DNA of 48,418 bases, from NCBI GenBank assembly GCA_049322295.1, contig JBMORO010000052.1:1-48418 (forward strand), in the 5' to 3' direction. Made by a program: the position numbers and the translations under genes. The stretch's first letter is position 1. Every line of letters starts with the position of its first letter. The stretch is from Patescibacteria group bacterium (GTDB lineage: Bacteria > Patescibacteriota > Minisyncoccia > RBG-13-40-8-A). Below the pieces are notes generated by a model that saw only the letters and a program-made list of their open reading frames with translations, was not told where the DNA came from and did no database searches. This document shows positions 6,904 through 16,686 of the stretch, piece by piece.

Positions 6904-7761
6904 ATGAATCTATCGATAATAATTCCGGCTTATAATGAAGAGGAATCAATTGAACGGATAATCAAGGAATTAAAACAAGAATTAAATAAGCTTGATTTAG
7001 ATTACGAAATGATAGTGGTTAATGATGCCTCAATTGATAAAACCGGAGAAATTTTAAAAAAAATATCTAATATAAAGATAATTGAACATCCGGAAAATCG
7101 AGGTTATGGAGCAAGTCTTAAGAGTGGATTTAAAAAAAGTCAGGGCGAATTAATTTTAATCATTGATGCTGATGGCACTTACCCAAATGAATCAATCCCA
7201 GAATTAATAAAATATGCTTCTTCCTATGATATGGTAATTGGGGCAAGAACTGGAAAACAAACAAAAATTCCATTAATAAGAAAACCAGCAAAATGGATTC
7301 TTAATAGATTGGCTAACTATCTTTCAGAAAGCAAAATTCCTGATCTCAATTCCGGCTTAAGAATTATGAAAAGACCCCTGATAGAGAAATTTCTCTACAT
7401 TCTACCAAACGGCTTCTCTTTTACAACTACTATAACCTTAGCAAGCCTAACCAATGGTTATAATGTTAAATATTTACCCATCAATTATTTAAAGAGAAGG
7501 GGGAAATCTAAATTTAGACCGATTAGAGATACTTTAAACTTCTTCCAGTTAATAATAAGAACTATCTTATATTTTAATCCGCTTAAAATCTTTGTGCCCT
7601 TAAGTTCAATATTGGTTCTATCAGCTGTGGTGGTCTTTGTTTTCAGTTATTTCTTCGCTGCTAAAATTATGGATGTTACGATAGCAATCTTACTAATTTC
7701 AGCTATCCAACTATTGGCGATTGGCATGATTGCTGACCTTATAACCAAACGGAAAACTTAA
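6904..7761 (+). CDS. GT2 glycosyltransferase, polyprenyl-phosphate sugar synthase-like (DPM1/GtrB/ArnC type) with C-terminal TM helices
   Basis: LSIIIPAYNEEESI, VVNDASIDKT and IIDADGTY form the GT-A DxD region. The C-terminus has two hydrophobic helices (FVPLSSILVLSAVVVFVFSYFF and ILLISAIQLLAIGMIADLI). Confidence 0.85.
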   Translation: MNLSIIIPAYNEEESIERIIKELKQELNKLDLDYEMIVVNDASIDKTGEILKKISNIKIIEHPENRGYGASLKSGFKKSQGELILIIDADGTYPNESIPELIKYASSYDMVIGARTGKQTKIPLIRKPAKWILNRLANYLSESKIPDLNSGLRIMKRPLIEKFLYILPNGFSFTTTITLASLTNGYNVKYLPINYLKRRGKSKFRPIRDTLNFFQLIIRTILYFNPLKIFVPLSSILVLSAVVVFVFSYFFAAKIMDVTIAILLISAIQLLAIGMIADLITKRKT

Positions 7762-7767
7762 TATTTT

Positions 7768-9201
7768 ATGAAAATCCTCCTAATAAATCCGCCTCGATTC
7801 AACGAAATTGTGGCTGATAATCCAAGTTTTATAGAAGAAGAGCGGGGATATAATCCCCCGCTCGGTATTTTGTATATTGCTGCTTATTTAAAAAAATATT
7901 CTAAACATAAAATTAATATCTTGGATGCTCAGGTCGAGGAATTAAACTATGATAATAACTTTAAAAATTCTATCAAATCTATAAACCCGGATATTATTGG
8001 TATCACCGCCATGACCCCTACTATAATAGATGTTTCAAAAACTATTAATCTGATAGGAAAAGTAGAGAAAGATTTAGATAAACAAATTATCACTGTACTC
8101 GGAGGACCCCACCCCACTATTTTCCCCGAAGAAACAATCAACTTAAATGGGGTTGATTATGTAATTACTGGAGAGGGAGAGATTCCTTTTTTAAAATTAA
8201 CCCAAGCCTTAGAAAATAAATTGGATTTAAAAGAAATAAAAGGATTAGTTTATAAAAAAGACGGAAAAATAATTAATAATGGACAAGCAGATTTTATAGA
8301 AGATCTGGATTCCTTGCCTTTTCCTGTCAGAACCTTAACGCCAATTAAAAAATATAATTCAATTTTAGCTGGAGGACGAATAATAACTACCATGATTACC
8401 TCTCGGGGTTGTCCCTACAAATGTGTTTTTTGTGACCGACCCCACTTGGGCAAGAGGTTCAGAGCCCGTTCTCCTAAAAATGTGGTAGATGAAATGGAGG
8501 AATGTAAAAAATTAGGAATTAACGAAATCTTAATTTACGATGATACCTTTACAGTCCAAAGACAAAGAGTTCTAGATATTTGTAAGGAAATTATAAAAAG
8601 AAATCTTAAAATAGTTTGGGATATCAGGGCCCGAGTTAATACAATTGACGAGGAGCTAGTTAAAAAATTAAAAGCAGCTGGCTGTGCTCGTATTCATTTT
8701 GGAGTGGAGGCTGGAACAGAGAAAATTTTAAAAGTTTTAAATAAAGGGATTACTTTAGAACAAGTTAAAAAGGCTTTTTCTTTAGCAAGAAAATATAAAA
8801 TTGAAACTTTGGCATATTTTATGATTGGTTCGCCAACCGAAACAAAAAAGGACATTGAAGAATCGATAAAATTAGCTAAAAAAATAAACCCCAACTTTGT
8901 TCACATCACTATTTTGACCCCTTATCCAGCTACCGAACTTTACTATCTGGCTTTAGAAAAAGGAGTAATAAAAAGCGATTATTGGCGGGAATTTGCCCGT
9001 AATCCAGAAAAAGGAGTAACTACTCAGTATTGGGAAGAAAGTTTTTCTAAACAAGAACTTGTTGCCCTTCTAAAAAAATTTTATAAAAGCTTTTATGGTC
9101 GACCCTCGTATATTTTGAAAAGCTTTTTCAAAATTAAAAACTTTGATGATCTCAAAAAGAAATTTAAGGCGGGTTTAAAGATCTTGGGGATTAAAAGATA
9201 G
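7768..9201 (+). CDS. B12-binding-domain radical SAM enzyme (class B), paralog 1
   Basis: The N-terminal module has MKILLINPP, LGILYIAAYL, GGPHPT and GEGE. The cluster motif is SRGCPYKCVFC. DLDSLPFPVR is also present. Confidence 0.85.
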   Translation: MKILLINPPRFNEIVADNPSFIEEERGYNPPLGILYIAAYLKKYSKHKINILDAQVEELNYDNNFKNSIKSINPDIIGITAMTPTIIDVSKTINLIGKVEKDLDKQIITVLGGPHPTIFPEETINLNGVDYVITGEGEIPFLKLTQALENKLDLKEIKGLVYKKDGKIINNGQADFIEDLDSLPFPVRTLTPIKKYNSILAGGRIITTMITSRGCPYKCVFCDRPHLGKRFRARSPKNVVDEMEECKKLGINEILIYDDTFTVQRQRVLDICKEIIKRNLKIVWDIRARVNTIDEELVKKLKAAGCARIHFGVEAGTEKILKVLNKGITLEQVKKAFSLARKYKIETLAYFMIGSPTETKKDIEESIKLAKKINPNFVHITILTPYPATELYYLALEKGVIKSDYWREFARNPEKGVTTQYWEESFSKQELVALLKKFYKSFYGRPSYILKSFFKIKNFDDLKKKFKAGLKILGIKR

Positions 9202-9204
9202 AAT

Positions 9205-10617
9205 ATGAGAGTTCTATTTATAAATAAATTTTTAGACAAAAATACTATCTATCGGGTGCCCTTGGGGATTTTATATTTGGGAACAATGGCAAAAGACAAA
9301 CACGATATTCGTATCTGCGACCCAAAAAGAGAAAACTTAAAAGACGTTATTAAACATTTTAAGCCGACTATTATTGCTTATTCTTTAAGAACGGGATTCC
9401 ATCAATATTACTTAAATTTAAATAAAAAACTAAAAACAGAATATAATTTTATCTCCATCTGTGGAGGTCCTCATGCCACTTTTTATCCAGAAATGATAAA
9501 ATCTGAGGGAGTAGACATTATTGGTCTTAGCGAGTGTGAAAAACCTTTTTTAGAATTAATTAACAAAATAGAGAAAGAAGAAAATTATTTTGCCACAAAA
9601 AACTTCTGGTTTAAATCTAAAAATGGTGAGATTATAAGAAACCCTCTCGAACCCTTAGAGCAAGATTTAGATTCTATCCCCTTCCCTGACCGTTCTTTTC
9701 TCAATCATCATAAAGAACTGAAATTTTCAAAAATCCATAATTTCATTGCCTCAAGAGGATGCCCTTACAATTGTACCTATTGCTTCAATCGTCGATTAAA
9801 AGTAATGTATCAAGGGCAAAGATATGTTAGAAAGAGAAGCGTTGACAATGTAATTAAAGAAATTGAAGGGGTAGCCAAAGACTATCCTTTAGAAAGAGTC
9901 CATTTCGAAGATGATACATTTAATATTAGTAAAGATTGGCTCAAAGAATTTGCTGAAAAATATCCGAAAATTCCTTTCAAGTGTAACATCAGAGCAGATT
10001 TAGTCGACGAGGAGGTCGTGGCTTTATTAAAAAAGGCGAATTGTATTAGTGTTACCTTTGCTATAGAAGCGGGCAATGACAGAATTAGAAACGAAATTTT
10101 GAAAAGAAATTTATCAAAGGAGCAATTAATTAATTGTGCAAATCTTTTAAAAAAATATAAAATAAGGTTTATCACTGAAAACATATTAGCCAATCCAACT
10201 TCTTCTTTAAAAGATGATGTAGAAACACTGGATTTAAACTTAATTTGTAAACCTGACTACCCCACGGTCTCTTTATTAAACCCTTATCCGGGCACGGAAA
10301 TTTATAATATTGCTATAAAATCAGGTGAATATCAGCCAAGAAATTTTGAGGAAATATCTTCTTTCTTTGATTCTACTCCTCTAAAATTAAAAAATCTCTC
10401 TGAGAGAATAAACTTACAAAGAATTTTCGCAATAATTATTGGCTTCCCCTTTCTAAGAAAATACTTAAACTTTTTAATTAAGTATAAATATTTAAGATTC
10501 ATTTACTCGCCTATCTATCATCTCTGGCGAGCTTATTGTCTGATGTTTAAAATAATGCCCCACAAAATTTCTTTAAGAGAACTTTTCTGGCTTGCCAGAC
10601 GATTTCTCGCCAGTTAA
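9205..10617 (+). CDS. B12-binding-domain radical SAM enzyme (class B), paralog 2
   Basis: LGILYLGT and CGGPHATF lie in the N-terminal module. DLDSIPFPDR is present. The cluster motif is SRGCPYNCTYC. Confidence 0.8.
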   Translation: MRVLFINKFLDKNTIYRVPLGILYLGTMAKDKHDIRICDPKRENLKDVIKHFKPTIIAYSLRTGFHQYYLNLNKKLKTEYNFISICGGPHATFYPEMIKSEGVDIIGLSECEKPFLELINKIEKEENYFATKNFWFKSKNGEIIRNPLEPLEQDLDSIPFPDRSFLNHHKELKFSKIHNFIASRGCPYNCTYCFNRRLKVMYQGQRYVRKRSVDNVIKEIEGVAKDYPLERVHFEDDTFNISKDWLKEFAEKYPKIPFKCNIRADLVDEEVVALLKKANCISVTFAIEAGNDRIRNEILKRNLSKEQLINCANLLKKYKIRFITENILANPTSSLKDDVETLDLNLICKPDYPTVSLLNPYPGTEIYNIAIKSGEYQPRNFEEISSFFDSTPLKLKNLSERINLQRIFAIIIGFPFLRKYLNFLIKYKYLRFIYSPIYHLWRAYCLMFKIMPHKISLRELFWLARRFLAS

Positions 10618-10622
10618 TTTAT

Positions 10623-12041
10623 ATGAAAATTTTATTATTAAATCCACCTTTTACTGATTATGGAGGACTTGAGGGTCACGGCGGCAAAGCCCTACCTTTA
10701 AATTTGGCTTATTTAGCAGGTTATTTAAGAGAAAAAAGACCAGATATAGAAATTAAGGTTTTAGATTGTGAGGCCCTTGGTTTACACTACGAACAAATCA
10801 GGGCAAAGATAAAGGAAATGAAACCAGATTTAGTTGGTATTACTACCCCAACGCCAGCTTTTACCCAAGTTTTAGAGGTCTGCCGAATTATAAAAGATAT
10901 CTCTCCCAAAATCATTATTGTGGTTGGCGGACCCCATCCCACTGCCTTGCCAAGAGAAACTATAGCTGAAAAAAATATTGATATTGTTGTAATTTATGAA
11001 GGAGAAATTACTTTTACCGAATTAATTGAAGCAATAGAGAAAAATAAACCCCTATCTCAAATCAAGGGCATTGTTTTTAAAGATGAAGATGGGAATATCC
11101 ATCAAACCGAACTAAGAGAGCGAATTGAGGATTTAGACAGTTTACCTTTTCCAGCTCGCGATCTCTTTCCCTTAGATCTTTATTTCCCTCCTCCTACTAA
11201 AAGAATAAGCAATAAAAAAGCAGGAAATATGATTACTTCTCGAGGTTGTCCTTATCAATGCACTTTTTGTATGGCCAGTTTTATGTGGCAAAGAAGGGTC
11301 AGATTTAGAAGTATCAAAAATGTAGTTGATGAAATTGAAGAATGTATAAATAAATATGGGATGGGGGAATTCAATTTTCACGATGAACTTTTTACAGTTA
11401 ACAGGGAAAGAACTATAGAGTTCTGTCGGGAGGTTAAGAGGCGAAACCTAGATATTGCTTGGGTTTGTATGGTCAGGGTTGATTTTGTTGATGAAGAAAT
11501 ATTAAAAGAAATGAAAGAAGCGGGTTGCAAAAAATTAATGTTTGGTTTTGAATCCGGTGATCAGGGAATCCTTGACCATATGAAAAAACAGGTTAAAGTC
11601 GAAGACGCTTACCGGGCAACAAAATTAGTTAAAGAGGCGGGCATCAAAACAGCCGGCAATTTTATGATCGGCAACATTGGCGAGACTGAAGAAACTATAA
11701 GAAAAAGTATTAATTTAGCCAAAAAATTAAATACTGATACTATTGCTTTTTTCGTTGCCAGTCCTTACCCTGGTACAGAATTTTATTATGAAGCTAAAAA
11801 ATTAGGTTATTTCCGGCCTGATTTTGAATGGAAAGATTTTACCCTCGTATCTAATAATTTACCACCCCTTAACTTACCTGGTTTGCCGGCTGAAAAAATT
11901 CTATATTGGCAAAAACGAGCTTATCGGGAATACTATATCCGGCCCCAATATATCTGGAGTAAAATCACTGGCATTAGAAGCTTAGTTGATTTAAAAAATT
12001 TATACAATGGAGCAAAATTATTTTTAAGATTAGAGAAATAA
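10623..12041 (+). CDS. B12-binding-domain radical SAM enzyme (class B), paralog 3
   Basis: MKILLLNPP, VGGPHPTA, DLDSLPFPARDL and the cluster motif SRGCPYQCTFC are all present. Confidence 0.85.
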   Translation: MKILLLNPPFTDYGGLEGHGGKALPLNLAYLAGYLREKRPDIEIKVLDCEALGLHYEQIRAKIKEMKPDLVGITTPTPAFTQVLEVCRIIKDISPKIIIVVGGPHPTALPRETIAEKNIDIVVIYEGEITFTELIEAIEKNKPLSQIKGIVFKDEDGNIHQTELRERIEDLDSLPFPARDLFPLDLYFPPPTKRISNKKAGNMITSRGCPYQCTFCMASFMWQRRVRFRSIKNVVDEIEECINKYGMGEFNFHDELFTVNRERTIEFCREVKRRNLDIAWVCMVRVDFVDEEILKEMKEAGCKKLMFGFESGDQGILDHMKKQVKVEDAYRATKLVKEAGIKTAGNFMIGNIGETEETIRKSINLAKKLNTDTIAFFVASPYPGTEFYYEAKKLGYFRPDFEWKDFTLVSNNLPPLNLPGLPAEKILYWQKRAYREYYIRPQYIWSKITGIRSLVDLKNLYNGAKLFLRLEK

Positions 12042-12048
12042 CTAATCC

Positions 12049-13029
12049 ATGAAATCATTTGATAAAAAAATTAAATTTTTTCTCAGGATATTAGGGCCAA
12101 TAATCTTTCTTTACATTCTTTCAAAAATAGACTATCAACTTCTTTTTAAAAAACTCGGCTCATTGAAATGGTCCTGGCTGATTCTGGCATTCGTATTAAT
12201 GATTTTGGAAATTATCGCCAGATCTCTGCGCTGGCAAACTATTTTAAATTCTTTGAAGATATTTATCTCAAAAATTAACTCTTTAACTCTCTATTGGCTA
12301 GGCGCATTCGTTAGTGTGATTACCCCTGGTCGTTTAGGAGAAGTGATTAAAGTTTATTTCCTTAAACACAAAAATTACAGTGTTTTCCGTTCTCTGCTCA
12401 GTATTATTTTAGACAGAATAATTGATATTTTGATTATCTTAATCCTCGGAGCGCTGATTTCTTTCTTTTTTGTTGAAAATGTTGGCTTATACGTAGTGGT
12501 AAGTGGTGTAATTTTAGTATTAGCTATTATTTTTGTTTTTCTGCTGATAGGTGAAGAAACTCGGGTTAATAAAATTTTTACAAGATTGGTACAAAAGTTT
12601 TTTTCAATTGATTTTGGCAAGTACGGCCGTTTTACTTTTGCTAAGCTCTGGCAGGGCATCAAAAATTTAAAAAAGAAGGACGTTGTCTGTTTCCTTCTTT
12701 ATTTAATTATCGGCTGGCTTTTCTATTTCCTTGCCCGTTATATTATTGCCCTATCCCTGAATCTGGATTTATCGTTCCTAGCCGTGAGCATCATTTCTAT
12801 TTTGGCGACTATTGTAACCATCCTGCCGATTTCTATAGCCGGAATAGGAACCAGAGAGGCAGCGATTATTTATTTGTTCGGCTTATTCGGCATAAACAAG
12901 GAACCGGCTTTGCTTTTTTCTCTCTTAATCCTCACTATTGATATGGTTGTGATTTCCCTCGGCTTTATCCCCTATTTAAAAGAATCATCATTAATCAATA
13001 GGGCTAAGACTGAAAAAGTAATGAAATAG
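12049..13029 (+). CDS. UPF0104 / lysyl-phosphatidylglycerol-synthase-TM-type 'flippase-like' membrane protein, paralog 1
   Basis: It has about 8 hydrophobic helices. The family motif is ITPGRLGEVIKVYFLK. It ends 26 nt inside the convergent gene 13004-14392. Confidence 0.75.
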   Translation: MKSFDKKIKFFLRILGPIIFLYILSKIDYQLLFKKLGSLKWSWLILAFVLMILEIIARSLRWQTILNSLKIFISKINSLTLYWLGAFVSVITPGRLGEVIKVYFLKHKNYSVFRSLLSIILDRIIDILIILILGALISFFFVENVGLYVVVSGVILVLAIIFVFLLIGEETRVNKIFTRLVQKFFSIDFGKYGRFTFAKLWQGIKNLKKKDVVCFLLYLIIGWLFYFLARYIIALSLNLDLSFLAVSIISILATIVTILPISIAGIGTREAAIIYLFGLFGINKEPALLFSLLILTIDMVVISLGFIPYLKESSLINRAKTEKVMK

Positions 13030-14392
13030 CTTCCTTGGCTGTTTGCTTTATTTCTTCTATGGTTTTCAGAGCGAGCAACCGTTTTAAAAGATACCTCGGC
13101 CTGAGGTAAAAAGACCTCAGCGCCTTTTTGTGGAGTTGCCAGATTTCTTCGTTTGACAGAAGTTGATTTTTCCAGATCGGCCTGCCTTTGGCCGAATCCA
13201 TCTCTAGATTGTCTTTATCCACCCAACCTTTGGCAATAGCTTCTTTCCGGAAAGGAGCCCCGAACTCAGGCACGCCGATGTTGAAAGAGGCATAATCTAA
13301 ATCAAGGGATTTGGCAAAATTAATTGTGTTTAAAACAGATTCTCTAGTCTCTCCGGGCAAACCGATAATAAAAGTGCCGACAGTTCTAATTTTTAATTTA
13401 CGGCAAAGATTTATCGCTTGCCTTACCTGTTCGAGAGAGATATTTTTTTCAACGCTTTTAAGAATGGAGTTGTTCCCGGATTCGATGCCAAACATAATAG
13501 TGTGGCAGCCTGCTTTTTTCATCAAAGTAAGAATGGCCTCATCCATTACATCAACTCTCGAAAAACAGGTCCAGCTGAAATTAAAATTTTTCCTAATCAG
13601 ATTTTCGCAAAATTCGATTGTTCTTTTCTGGTTGGCTCCAAATGTTTGGTCACGGACAAAAAGTTCATTTACTCCCAAAGATTTTAGTATTTCCAGCTCT
13701 TTCATTACGGAATCGAGAGGCCTCAGTTTAAAGCCAAGGGTATTTATTGCACAGAAAGAACATTTATAGGGACAGCCGAAGTCAGTTAAGATGCTGGCGA
13801 ACTTTCTTTTCCTGGTAAAAGGAAAGCTGTATTTTTCGAGATGAAACAAATCCCATCTGGGAAGGGGCACGTCAAATTCGCCGGAGCCGTGAATTTCATC
13901 ACCGATAATTACCTTGTCTTCGAATTTATAGATAACATTGTTTATTTTTCCGCCCTGGCTGTTTTTGAGATAACGGACAACATCGTCGGTTGAGAAATCA
14001 AGCAAAACAACGTCGATAAAAGGAGTTATGGTAAAAGTTTGTTCTCTCAATTCGCGGTAGATGTCGCCAGTGACAATGAGAATCAAACCGGAAATTTCCT
14101 CCTTTAGGTTTTTCAGGAAGGCGATATCTTTATAGTAAGAAGGGGAGGCCACCAAAGATAAAACTATATCTGGCGATATTTTTTTGATTTTTTCCAGACA
14201 GTCATTTGGCGAAAGCTGGTCGGCAATGGCGTCTATAATATCCAAATCAAAATCCTGTTTTGAAAATCTTCCGCTCAGATAAAGCAAGTCTAAGGGATGA
14301 TAGTAGTAACTAGCTTTTGATGCCTTACTTCGGTAATAATCGCGGAAATAAATTTTGTCTCCCGGTGGATTGAGTAATAATATCTTTTTCAT
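13004..14392 (-). CDS. B12-binding-domain radical SAM enzyme, divergent paralog 4
   Basis: MKKILLLNPP and the cluster motif DFGCPYKCSFC are present. The usual GGPH motif is replaced by IVTGDIY, so cobalamin binding is less certain. Confidence 0.75.
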   Translation of the reverse strand: MKKILLLNPPGDKIYFRDYYRSKASKASYYYHPLDLLYLSGRFSKQDFDLDIIDAIADQLSPNDCLEKIKKISPDIVLSLVASPSYYKDIAFLKNLKEEISGLILIVTGDIYRELREQTFTITPFIDVVLLDFSTDDVVRYLKNSQGGKINNVIYKFEDKVIIGDEIHGSGEFDVPLPRWDLFHLEKYSFPFTRKRKFASILTDFGCPYKCSFCAINTLGFKLRPLDSVMKELEILKSLGVNELFVRDQTFGANQKRTIEFCENLIRKNFNFSWTCFSRVDVMDEAILTLMKKAGCHTIMFGIESGNNSILKSVEKNISLEQVRQAINLCRKLKIRTVGTFIIGLPGETRESVLNTINFAKSLDLDYASFNIGVPEFGAPFRKEAIAKGWVDKDNLEMDSAKGRPIWKNQLLSNEEIWQLHKKALRSFYLRPRYLLKRLLALKTIEEIKQTAKEAISLLFQS

Positions 14393-14406
14393 ATTATTTA
14401 ATTAGT

Positions 14407-14435
14407 ATGATACCTTTTTGCCTTAGAAGTGTCAA
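14407..14435 (-). promoter_or_regulatory. Sigma70-type promoter, TTGACA-N17-TATCAT, for 13004-14392
   Basis: On the minus strand TTGACA lies at 14435-14430, followed by a 17-nt spacer and TATCAT at 14412-14407. The ATG at 14392 is 14 nt downstream of the -10 box. Confidence 0.55.
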
Positions 14436-14452
14436 TAAAAATTCTCTTGAGA

Positions 14453-14481
14453 TTGCCTAAATCACTTAAATATTTTATCAT
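14453..14481 (+). promoter_or_regulatory. Possible promoter, TTGCCT-N17-TATCAT, for 14488-18780 (alternative TTGAGA-N18-TATTTT at 14447-14476)
   Basis: The -10-like TATCAT at 14476-14481 lies only 6 nt before the ATG at 14488. Matches of this kind are easy to find by chance in AT-rich DNA. Confidence 0.3.
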
Positions 14482-14487
14482 AGAATT

Positions 14488-15750
14488 ATGTTTTCAGCAC
14501 CACATCCACGCTATCGAATCTATACCCGACTCAAAAGTTATACCTCCTTTTTAGGCGACTTAATTTTGGGTCGAATTAATAAGGGAAATGATGTTGAAAA
14601 GCTCGAAAAGGCATTAACCAAGAAATTTGAGGTTTCTTATGTGGTTTGTATACCGATGAATCGAGTCGGCATCTATCTGGTATTAAAAAATTTAATTAAG
14701 CCAGGCCAAGAAGTCATTATGTCTCCTTATACCATTGCCGACATAGTCAATATGGTTATTTGTGCTGGCGGAAAACCTGTATTCGCTGACATTGAACAAC
14801 GAACATGTAATATAGATGCTAATAAAATTGAAGAGCTTATTAATACCAACACCGGCGCTGTCTTAATTACTCATTTACATGGCATTGGAGCGCCTACTCA
14901 TGAAATCCTAAAAATTTGTCATAAACACAATTTACCTGTTGTCGAAGATGCGGCTCAGGCATTCGGCGCCCGGGAGCAAGGAAAGCGGCTCGGAACAATC
15001 GGCGATGCTGGAGTTTACAGCTTCGGAATGTATAAAAACATCAACAGCTGGTATGGGGGGGCAGTGGTTTCAGAAAACAAAGCCCTGATTGATAAAATCC
15101 GCTCTGAACTCAGCCAGTATAAATACCAATCCCCGTTGTTTATTTTCAAAAAAATATTAAAGGGGTTAATGAGAGATGCTCTCACTTTTCCGCTGATTTT
15201 TCAGTCCCTAACTTATTGGATATTCCGCTATGGCTTCCTTCACGATATTAAGTGGATTAATCAGCAGGTAGAGATTGAGCTGGATACTGGTTTAAAAACA
15301 AAAATCCCGCCCCCTTATTTTGCACGCTATACCCCCTTTCAGGCGCGCCTGGCCCTTTCGCAAATAAACCGCATTGATGTTGAAGGCAATATGCGCATTG
15401 AAAAAGCAGCAGCTTACCGCAAGGGTCTTCAGAATATCCCTGAACTGGTTCTCCCACCGGATGAAAATGATTCGATTTATATTTATCCTTATTTTCCGAT
15501 TCAGTATAAAAATCGCCGAGGATTGCTCAAATGGCTTATGCTTCATAAAAGAGATGTGGCAGCTCAGCATTTAAAAAACTGCGCTAACCTGCCAAGTTTC
15601 TCTGCTTTCTATCGTGATTGCCCCGTTGCTCGAAAAACGGCAAATGAAGTAATACTCCTCCCTACTTATCCTAGATATCCGATTTCCGATGTTCAAAAAA
15701 CCATTAGGGTTATCCAATCTTATTTCCAAACAAATAGAAAAAACGAATGA
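14488..15750 (+). CDS. DegT/DnrJ/EryC1-type PLP-dependent sugar aminotransferase
   Basis: VVEDAAQAFGA and the PLP-lysine region GDAGVYSFGMYKNINSWYGGAVV are present. The size and layout fit the family. Confidence 0.75.
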   Translation: MFSAPHPRYRIYTRLKSYTSFLGDLILGRINKGNDVEKLEKALTKKFEVSYVVCIPMNRVGIYLVLKNLIKPGQEVIMSPYTIADIVNMVICAGGKPVFADIEQRTCNIDANKIEELINTNTGAVLITHLHGIGAPTHEILKICHKHNLPVVEDAAQAFGAREQGKRLGTIGDAGVYSFGMYKNINSWYGGAVVSENKALIDKIRSELSQYKYQSPLFIFKKILKGLMRDALTFPLIFQSLTYWIFRYGFLHDIKWINQQVEIELDTGLKTKIPPPYFARYTPFQARLALSQINRIDVEGNMRIEKAAAYRKGLQNIPELVLPPDENDSIYIYPYFPIQYKNRRGLLKWLMLHKRDVAAQHLKNCANLPSFSAFYRDCPVARKTANEVILLPTYPRYPISDVQKTIRVIQSYFQTNRKNE

Positions 15751-16670
15751 AATATTCTTTCCTCATCGGGATATTTTTGTTTGCGATAATTCTTTTAAAA
15801 ATCGACCTCGGGGGGATTTTACAAAATATAAAAGAAATCAATCCTCTTTTTTTGATTCTTGCGATGTTAGCTGCTTTCCCGATACTTCTAAACAAAGCTC
15901 TTTGCTGGAACTATATTAAAACCCAACAAGGAATAAAATACAGCTTGAAAGATTCGTTCTTGATGTACTGCGCCGGCCTGTACATCGGAGTCCTTACCCC
16001 GGGCAGGCTGGGCGAAGCAACCAAGGTCCTGTATTTAAAAAATGACGGACATTCTCTGGGTAAGGCATTGGTCGGGGTTGTACTGGACAGGATTACAGAT
16101 TTTGCTTTTTTCCTGTTCGTGCTTCTTATCGGTTCGCTGTTCTTAATTAGTGTTCTTCAAAAGCAGGTCCTGATTCTAATTGCCGGCATTTTGGTTCTGG
16201 TCTGCCTATTTATAGTATTTTTAAAAATCGGCTTAATTAAATGGGGAATAAATAAAGCATTCCGCGCGTTTATTCCCCGTAAATATCAAAAATCCTGGAA
16301 AATAAATTTCCAGGATTTCATCGCAGATTTGAAGATTTACAAGCTCAGGGCTTACGTGATAATGATGGTTATCACCGCTTTATCCTCGGGCTTTTATTAT
16401 TTGCAGATGTATATTTTGGCCAGAGGCATGAATATGGACATTCCATTTTTATATCTAGCCGTTTCGGTCACTATTGCCGGGCTTGTCACGCTTATTCCCG
16501 TGTCGATCTCTGGAATAGGCACCCGAGATGCTGCTTTAATCCTTTTGCTCTCCCCCCTGGGAATCCTCAAGGAGCAGGCGGTTGTTTTTTCGGCTCTGAT
16601 TCTGATAATGGCATTAATAGCAACTTTAATCGGACTAATCTGCTGGCTTATTAAACCCCTAAGGGCGTAG
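15747..16670 (+). CDS. UPF0104 'flippase-like' membrane protein, paralog 2
   Basis: The protein is multi-TM and carries the family motif LTPGRLGEATKVLYLK. Its start overlaps the upstream stop in ATGA. Confidence 0.75.
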   Translation: MKYSFLIGIFLFAIILLKIDLGGILQNIKEINPLFLILAMLAAFPILLNKALCWNYIKTQQGIKYSLKDSFLMYCAGLYIGVLTPGRLGEATKVLYLKNDGHSLGKALVGVVLDRITDFAFFLFVLLIGSLFLISVLQKQVLILIAGILVLVCLFIVFLKIGLIKWGINKAFRAFIPRKYQKSWKINFQDFIADLKIYKLRAYVIMMVITALSSGFYYLQMYILARGMNMDIPFLYLAVSVTIAGLVTLIPVSISGIGTRDAALILLLSPLGILKEQAVVFSALILIMALIATLIGLICWLIKPLRA

Positions 16671-16686
16671 TTTGGGGCTATAAAAT

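Noticed and set aside
7947-13769. Short ORFs at 7947-8141, 8694-8894, 9882-10193, 11172-11381, 12375-12662, 13311-13769 and 13418-13687.
   Set aside because: All are antisense to, or out of frame with, radical SAM or UPF0104 genes that carry clear family motifs. Such ORFs are the expected shadow ORFs of AT-rich coding DNA.
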